Shown here: positions 58,678-64,000 of the stretch, piece by piece | Layout: every line of letters begins with the position of its first letter | Numbering within the stretch: position 1 is the stretch's first letter | From: a virus | IMG/VR virus record: IMGVR_UViG_3300021197_001203 | Span: 1 to 64,000 of that record | Reading direction: 5' to 3' (one strand) | DNA length: 64,000 nucleotides | Translations under genes and position numbers: made by a program | The notes under the pieces: generated by a model | Seen by the model: only the letters and a program-made list of their open reading frames with translations | Told to the model about the DNA's origin: nothing | Database searches by the model: none

Positions 58678-59742
58678 TTGTGGAGGGATTGTATGAGCCA
58701 CATGAAACATGAATCATGGATGATCAGATTGGACAACAAAGCAGTTAATAAAATGGAGTTAGTAAAACACTTCTGTCTAAATATAGACTGGGATTCGATT
58801 GTCGATCAAGCGTATGACTGGTGTAAAGAGAATCATTACTTAGGTCAGCAGCCTACACTTATGGATGAATTGCCTAAAGTAAAGCAGACAGAATATAGCT
58901 CAAATAAAAGAATGGCCGACCTATGGTCTAATACTGAATCCTCATTAAGAAGTCAAGCAATACTTAGAAGACAGCCAGTAAAAGTAGGCGGTGGATTCAT
59001 TGTGCGATTTAGTGGTAATGGGTCAAGAGCTGGCCCTCATTACGGTTGCACACTTGGGACTAATTGGGTATCGACAAAGGCAGGTGTTGATACAATAATC
59101 CATGAGCTGGCGCATATAGCTCATCTAGGACGTTATCATAAAGCAGTGATTAATGGACGGGCTAGGCCACACGATATATTTTACAATAGGATTATGCTGA
59201 CTGCTATGGACGCAGCGTTTGGTTTGACTAAATCATGCACTGACCCCATTTACATGGGTTATTCTGTTGGTAATGGCTATGCGCCAACATCAAAGGTAAA
59301 AGGAATGATTAATCTTGATACAGACAGGATGAAGCCATTCATCACAAGAGAAAACTTTGATTGGTTGGATGATCGAGAAGAAGCAAAACAAATCAAGGCG
59401 GCTAAACCAAAGAAACAACGAATTACAAGACAAACAGGTGAAGGGACATACGAAACTAATTGTGGTGATATTGAAATTACCAATGTTGGTGGCTACGGCT
59501 ATACTTGTTATGAGATTGAAGCACCAAACGGATTCAATTGGTGTGGTGCCCATTACAAAGAAGTTAATACAATCAAAGAGGCGTATTCCTACCTAGGCAC
59601 GTATGACAAAGACAAGGGACGATACACAGGTGATGAGCTAGAACGATGCGAGGCTGGTTGTGATTGTGAATGGGACGTTGTTGATAGCGAGCATTACAGT
59701 TCTGTCCGATCACTTGATGGTCTAGCGTCATTGTTTGCATAG
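58678..59742 (+). CDS. Zincin-like metalloprotease-domain protein
   Basis: IIHELAH...PHD.FY. The true start is probably MSHMKH. Confidence 0.7.
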   Translation: MWRDCMSHMKHESWMIRLDNKAVNKMELVKHFCLNIDWDSIVDQAYDWCKENHYLGQQPTLMDELPKVKQTEYSSNKRMADLWSNTESSLRSQAILRRQPVKVGGGFIVRFSGNGSRAGPHYGCTLGTNWVSTKAGVDTIIHELAHIAHLGRYHKAVINGRARPHDIFYNRIMLTAMDAAFGLTKSCTDPIYMGYSVGNGYAPTSKVKGMINLDTDRMKPFITRENFDWLDDREEAKQIKAAKPKKQRITRQTGEGTYETNCGDIEITNVGGYGYTCYEIEAPNGFNWCGAHYKEVNTIKEAYSYLGTYDKDKGRYTGDELERCEAGCDCEWDVVDSEHYSSVRSLDGLASLFA

Positions 59743-59806
59743 AGGTATTGGGTGAATACCCTATATGAATTAATTAGGCAGTAAGTTAGAGTATCAAACT
59801 GCTGTA

Positions 59807-59851
59807 TTAATATAGGGAACCTACCCCTGAGAGGATTACCACTACGAGTGG
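59807..59851 (+). promoter_or_regulatory. Early-type promoter: TATA-GGG plus 5' hairpin
   Basis: TTAATATA GGG, with CCACT-acg-AGTGG at 59839-59851. Confidence 0.55.
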
Positions 59852-60834
59852 GAGTAATGATTGAGATGACGAGAAAGATATTGAAAGAGAAACTTGAAGC
59901 ACAGCTAGAAGGAATGCTAACACCCGAAATAGGGCCATTATTAGAAGTGGCCGGATCGCTATGTAAGGAGATATGGCATGAAAAAAATGGTGTCTATCTT
60001 GATGCCGATGACCGTAAGGTCAAGCAGCAAACAAATGATGTATTGGCGGTAGTCGATTCAGTCAGCCATATTGAAATCAAATTAGGCAATGGTAAAGTAT
60101 TATCATTTGGCAATGCTAAACCTGACAAACCAGCTATGACTATACCTTACGGCATGAGTGATAGAATCAATACAGCAGCAATGCCTAAAGATTGGTTGCC
60201 TATGGCTCTATACCAACACTTAGTCGATGTATATGAAGGAGACACTACCTTTGCACAGGATGTTGCAGATTATCTGAATAAATGTATTGACGCAGCTACT
60301 GAGATTAGTGAAGAGGGTAGGCTTTCGATCAACAAGAAGAAACTACCGACTCCTTCAGCTACTGTGTTTACACAAGGTTTAGTGGAGTCTCACAAAAGAA
60401 TGTTCAAATCAAAAACCAAAGGTTCAACAGTATTCAATCTGACTTGTAGTATTGAAGATATTCAAGACGACCAGCCACTTAGAATACCACCACGATTAAC
60501 GGGATTCATATCCCCTAATATCATAGAAACTCCAGTTGCGCCACCAATGACTTCAAGGCCGCACACTTTACAGTCAGAAGCAACGGAGGACAAGGAGGCA
60601 GACGAAGGTGGTATGTCTGTTTCCGACCACTTGTTCAATGTGCTGGGTAATGACCCACTAACTAAGGGCATGATCAGAAAGGCGATAGCTGATAACGTCC
60701 CTGAGCCGATGTGGGTGGCTGAATTAGATAAGCTGGTCAAAGAGGGTATCATAATCAAGGACGCTAGTGGTGGGCCTAGAAGCACAAAATATGTGGTGGT
60801 TTCACCTATTCCTGATTTGGAGGTGATCGAATGA
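59848..60834 (+). CDS. Hypothetical protein with C-terminal winged-helix
   Basis: PLTKGMIR...LDKLVKEGII..G..STKY wHTH-like tail. Confidence 0.7.
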   Translation: MGVMIEMTRKILKEKLEAQLEGMLTPEIGPLLEVAGSLCKEIWHEKNGVYLDADDRKVKQQTNDVLAVVDSVSHIEIKLGNGKVLSFGNAKPDKPAMTIPYGMSDRINTAAMPKDWLPMALYQHLVDVYEGDTTFAQDVADYLNKCIDAATEISEEGRLSINKKKLPTPSATVFTQGLVESHKRMFKSKTKGSTVFNLTCSIEDIQDDQPLRIPPRLTGFISPNIIETPVAPPMTSRPHTLQSEATEDKEADEGGMSVSDHLFNVLGNDPLTKGMIRKAIADNVPEPMWVAELDKLVKEGIIIKDASGGPRSTKYVVVSPIPDLEVIE

Positions 60835-61214
60835 AGGCAAATGGTATTCCTGTCAAAGAGGCATACATTTTGAGAGCTTCAGGCGAGCTAGATTATACTC
60901 TCTTGTCTGAAGAGGATTGGTTTGAAGAGGTTTCAATCATATTAGGAGGAATGGTTGAGCCTGTAAATTATGTTAGAGAACACATAGGTGAAATGTATGT
61001 AAATGAAGAAGGCATACCTTTAGGACTCCAACCTAATCTTTTAGCTATGTCATTATTTGACCGACAGCCTTTCGGAAACACAGTGTTTAGAGGTAATGTT
61101 GTCTTGATGAGAAAAGGCATGAATGCTGATGTTAGAAATAACATAGACCTACTGATCGCATCAATGGAAATACAAACAAAAGAATGGTTCGATGTAAAGG
61201 AGGAAGAGGAATGA
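60831..61214 (+). CDS. DUF3846-like protein
   Basis: LGG.VE...MYVNEEG..LGL.PN..A...GNVV. Confidence 0.7.
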   Translation: MKANGIPVKEAYILRASGELDYTLLSEEDWFEEVSIILGGMVEPVNYVREHIGEMYVNEEGIPLGLQPNLLAMSLFDRQPFGNTVFRGNVVLMRKGMNADVRNNIDLLIASMEIQTKEWFDVKEEEE

Positions 61215-61427
61215 ATAATTACGAATGTTCATGTTGTGGTCATATATGGGCTGATGATGACGGACAACCATGTGGATGTGGTGAAGAATGAGCGACACAG
61301 AAAAGACTTGTTGTGAATGGTGTAGTGAAACTATCTCATCTAAAAAAGATGAGAGACGCATTAGAGGGGAGACGATTTGTAAGGATTGTAAAGATGGTTG
61401 GAATGAGCAACCTGCTGATGGGGGGTT

Positions 61428-61679
61428 TTGGTAATGAGCAAGGCAACAGAATATGCAATATTAGTATGGGATGTGAAGCCCGAAGATTACCCCTTTCTCG
61501 GTTGTATAGACAGGGAGTTCAACGTGGACACTCTTGATGAGGCAAACAAAATCTATGAAGGTTTAACGGATGTGTTTGCTAAGGAACTACATCACTATTA
61601 CGAATACAAAACACATGGGTTCATGTCTAGTTCTAACTGTCTAATGTCATGGGCGATTGAAGGAGATGATGATGAATGA
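61428..61679 (+). CDS. Hypothetical protein
   Basis: ATGA-coupled to the next ORF. Confidence 0.55.
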   Translation: MVMSKATEYAILVWDVKPEDYPFLGCIDREFNVDTLDEANKIYEGLTDVFAKELHHYYEYKTHGFMSSSNCLMSWAIEGDDDE

Positions 61680-61903
61680 GCAAAGAAGATTATTACATGA
61701 GTAATGAACACGGTGCGGCTCTTTACTTGTTTGCTGGTGCAGGAGATTTAAGATTCGTAATAACGCCTAGTGGTGATGGACGCATTGAATTGAGTCAGCC
61801 TAGAAAACATATTCAATTTAAGTTAGATAACTCTCAAATCACTATGATGACTAAATATCTTAATGAAGAATACGAGAAGGTGTATCAGGAGGAATCAGAA
61901 TGA
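61676..61903 (+). CDS. Hypothetical protein
   Basis: Coupled ORF. Confidence 0.6.
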   Translation: MSKEDYYMSNEHGAALYLFAGAGDLRFVITPSGDGRIELSQPRKHIQFKLDNSQITMMTKYLNEEYEKVYQEESE

Positions 61904-62322
61904 AGTTTATGATAGAAGTTGAATTGTCAAAGGAGGACATTTGGGGTCAGCTTGTTGGGGCTTTAGAAGGAGGGAGTAATTATTGGATCGATTATGTTGA
62001 AGAACAAGTTCCTAAAGATTTCACCCATGTAAGCTCATCTGAAGTGCCTTATAGTAATCAAGAAATAGATTACCACACTAAGAATCAAACCTATTCATAT
62101 ACAAGTCAGCTGCCGTTATTAGGTGGTTCATTTACAGTTATAGAGAGAGGTTATGACCACAACCCGAAAGTGGTCAATGCAGAAAATATCCTAGCTGGCC
62201 TAAAAAAAATGGCTGAAAAATCACCAAGACACATGAAAGATTTGATCGAGGAAACATTCGACTCAACAACCAGTGATGTATTGCTACAATACACTGTCTT
62301 TGGAGAGGTTATCTATGGGTAG
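61900..62322 (+). CDS. Hypothetical phage-type protein
   Basis: ALEGGSNYW...D...DVLLQ..VFGEVIYG. Confidence 0.7.
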   Translation: MKFMIEVELSKEDIWGQLVGALEGGSNYWIDYVEEQVPKDFTHVSSSEVPYSNQEIDYHTKNQTYSYTSQLPLLGGSFTVIERGYDHNPKVVNAENILAGLKKMAEKSPRHMKDLIEETFDSTTSDVLLQYTVFGEVIYG

Positions 62323-62548
62323 GACTCGTATAGAGTATAATAGAAAACCACGTTCAAGGTCGCAAAGAAGAGCAAACTTAGTTTGGAGTGGGGCTAGAAT
62401 GGTATTTGGTTCGCCTCCTGATTCTATGACTATCATAAAAGCTGGTCAAGGCAGAAGCACTGAATGGATAATAAGAAAGAATGATAAAAAGATAGAGTTG
62501 TCAGGAGACAGTAAAGCGGCTTATCAGAAGCTGATGGAGATGATATGA
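62273..62548 (+). CDS. Hypothetical basic protein
   Basis: The true start is probably MGRTRIEY, after a GGAGAGG RBS. Confidence 0.55.
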   Translation: MMYCYNTLSLERLSMGRTRIEYNRKPRSRSQRRANLVWSGARMVFGSPPDSMTIIKAGQGRSTEWIIRKNDKKIELSGDSKAAYQKLMEMI

Positions 62549-63357
62549 TGAAGATAGTAAGGTCATTCCCTAGCTCGCTACCTACTGAATTATTAACTCA
62601 ATTTTATCGTGTAAGAAACACGATCAGAGTTGGGGGCGACTTAGTAAGTGTAGCTGGTGAATCGAAAGTCTCAAGATTTCCATACAAAGACGCAAGGTTC
62701 CCTATGTGGTCTAAAGAAGGCATTGAATCAATGTATGATTATGGGCAACATACAGTTTCTTCTAACCCGTTTTTTGTAGGCGGGGTTGAATATCTTGAAG
62801 AGCCAAAGGAACCAATACATTATACTAATAAAGAAGTATTAGGATGGATAGAATCAGAATATCCTATTCATAATGTTTGGGATGAAGGGGAGATAATTGC
62901 TTTATTACCCGAAGTCGAAATACCCCCTCTTTTCTTCAACAGGGGGCAGATGTATGCAGCGGTTAATATGAATGGCGAGCTGGGGGTTGTCTGTCGTTCT
63001 GTGCGTGATTCTTATGTTATGATAGACTTTGATGACACCTGTTTAGATGACTTCAAGATTGCAGCTTTAACATCAGGCTGGCAGTGTATAGAGTATGAAA
63101 CCCATCTATTAAACGACCCTCCAGTAATCAGGGCTAATTTATCAGGTCATCACGATTTGAAATATTTCCCAAGAGTCGATGACGGCCATTTTGATCAGAA
63201 AACCTTTGCATTTTGGGTGGGTTCCCGTTGTAAATGGTGTGGCTCATCATCCCTAACACCTCCGTTCTTAGGCGAAAGAGGGTGTGTTGCTTGTAAAACA
63301 GTCGGAGAGGATAACGTATCTAGTGATAACTTCATTAATCTAAATGATTTAGTGTGA
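62545..63357 (+). CDS. Hypothetical protein with C-terminal Zn finger
   Basis: CKWC...CVAC. Confidence 0.7.
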   Translation: MMKIVRSFPSSLPTELLTQFYRVRNTIRVGGDLVSVAGESKVSRFPYKDARFPMWSKEGIESMYDYGQHTVSSNPFFVGGVEYLEEPKEPIHYTNKEVLGWIESEYPIHNVWDEGEIIALLPEVEIPPLFFNRGQMYAAVNMNGELGVVCRSVRDSYVMIDFDDTCLDDFKIAALTSGWQCIEYETHLLNDPPVIRANLSGHHDLKYFPRVDDGHFDQKTFAFWVGSRCKWCGSSSLTPPFLGERGCVACKTVGEDNVSSDNFINLNDLV

Positions 63358-63720
63358 GTGATTAAAGGCAGCACTACATTCAGATCGCTTAAGATGAACG
63401 ATAAAAGGCTCAAGGCAATAAGCATAGAGAGAAGATACAGGGTGTTTCATTCGGCATGGACAGATATACTGAGAGAGCTTAGAGCTGAAAGAGGGGCTTT
63501 GTTAGGCAGCAGTGAATATGATGACCAATTAGCTATGCAGAAGGCTGTTAGCTTAGATTTGATCGACCAAAGAATACAAGACGCTGAAACATGGATGACA
63601 AGATACCAAAATGAGAGAGAGGATAATTACAGGAAACTGAAATGGAATGCACGAAAGCTCATCAATGAGATAAAGACCATGACTGATAATGAATTGGAGG
63701 CAGGGCACCATGAAATCTAA
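63358..63720 (+). CDS. Hypothetical coiled-coil protein
   Basis: 120-aa helical ORF. Confidence 0.6.
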   Translation: MIKGSTTFRSLKMNDKRLKAISIERRYRVFHSAWTDILRELRAERGALLGSSEYDDQLAMQKAVSLDLIDQRIQDAETWMTRYQNEREDNYRKLKWNARKLINEIKTMTDNELEAGHHEI

Positions 63721-63868
63721 AGTTAAGTGTAGTAGCAGGTGTCTCGATCCAAGAGGTAAACCAATTTATATGATTCGTGGTCCTGAAAAGTGGATGGTTA
63801 TAGAATCAAGAAAAGCACCAACTTTAGTGTGCCCTGCTTGTAGGGGGTGGACATTTGAAAGAGTTTGA
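63710..63868 (+). CDS. Small Zn-ribbon protein (52 aa)
   Basis: MKSKVKCSSRC...CPACRGWTFERV, with a GGAGG RBS. Below the ORF-track cutoff. Confidence 0.5.
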   Translation: MKSKVKCSSRCLDPRGKPIYMIRGPEKWMVIESRKAPTLVCPACRGWTFERV

Positions 63869-64000
63869 AGATGTGTCCAATCATCAAATTGAGTGGTGCG
63901 ATAGACTTTGGACATCACTAAAGATAGACGCTAGCTGGACATTACCTAGTGTTGGCATCTATATCAAAACAGGAACCTACGAATTAACCTTGAATGAATT

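Noticed and set aside
46147-63425. Minus-strand ORFs in the early arm
   Set aside because: Antisense shadows of tightly coupled plus-strand genes.
1-64000. tRNA/rRNA genes, integrase, prophage boundaries
   Set aside because: None recognised by eye. A tRNAscan-SE run would be needed to exclude tRNAs in short gaps.

Overview
This 64-kb window is part of a tailed archaeal virus genome. It is most consistent with a magrovirus (virus of Marine Group II/Poseidoniales): it has a group II chaperonin, TATA-box and leaderless promoters, GGAGG/GGTGA ribosome-binding sites and an HK97-type head module. That assignment comes from motif recognition, not a database search. From 1 to about 45.2 kb the genes are almost all on the minus strand (late arm). 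They include a >1500-aa fibre protein missing from the ORF track, a head-tail adaptor, major capsid protein, prohead protease/scaffold, a degenerate ligase-fold protein, portal, terminase and putative internal head proteins. This arm also holds a membrane/Arf-like small-GTPase gene cluster and a long array of genes sharing an N-terminal 'F-[DE]-x-[AS]-W-x-[LIV]-x-K' tag. The tagged genes carry very different payloads (ADP-ribosyltransferase, kinase-like, zincin, ASCH, GP88, Zn fingers), and an untagged Dam-like methylase sits in the same array. A non-coding switch region at about 45.2-46.0 kb has A-tracts and repeated CATTGnnCAATG dyads. From 46 to 64 kb the genes are on the plus strand (early-type arm): a 1238-aa modular protein with repeated TVVxE[SAV]R linkers, an SF1 helicase, a pyrimidine-dimer glycosylase-like protein, the thermosome and many small ORFs. 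Top candidates for an undescribed system are (1) a tag-directed, protease-released virion cargo array and (2) a viral Arf-like GTPase/membrane module. The early arm also shows roughly 10-fold enrichment of TGATCGA.
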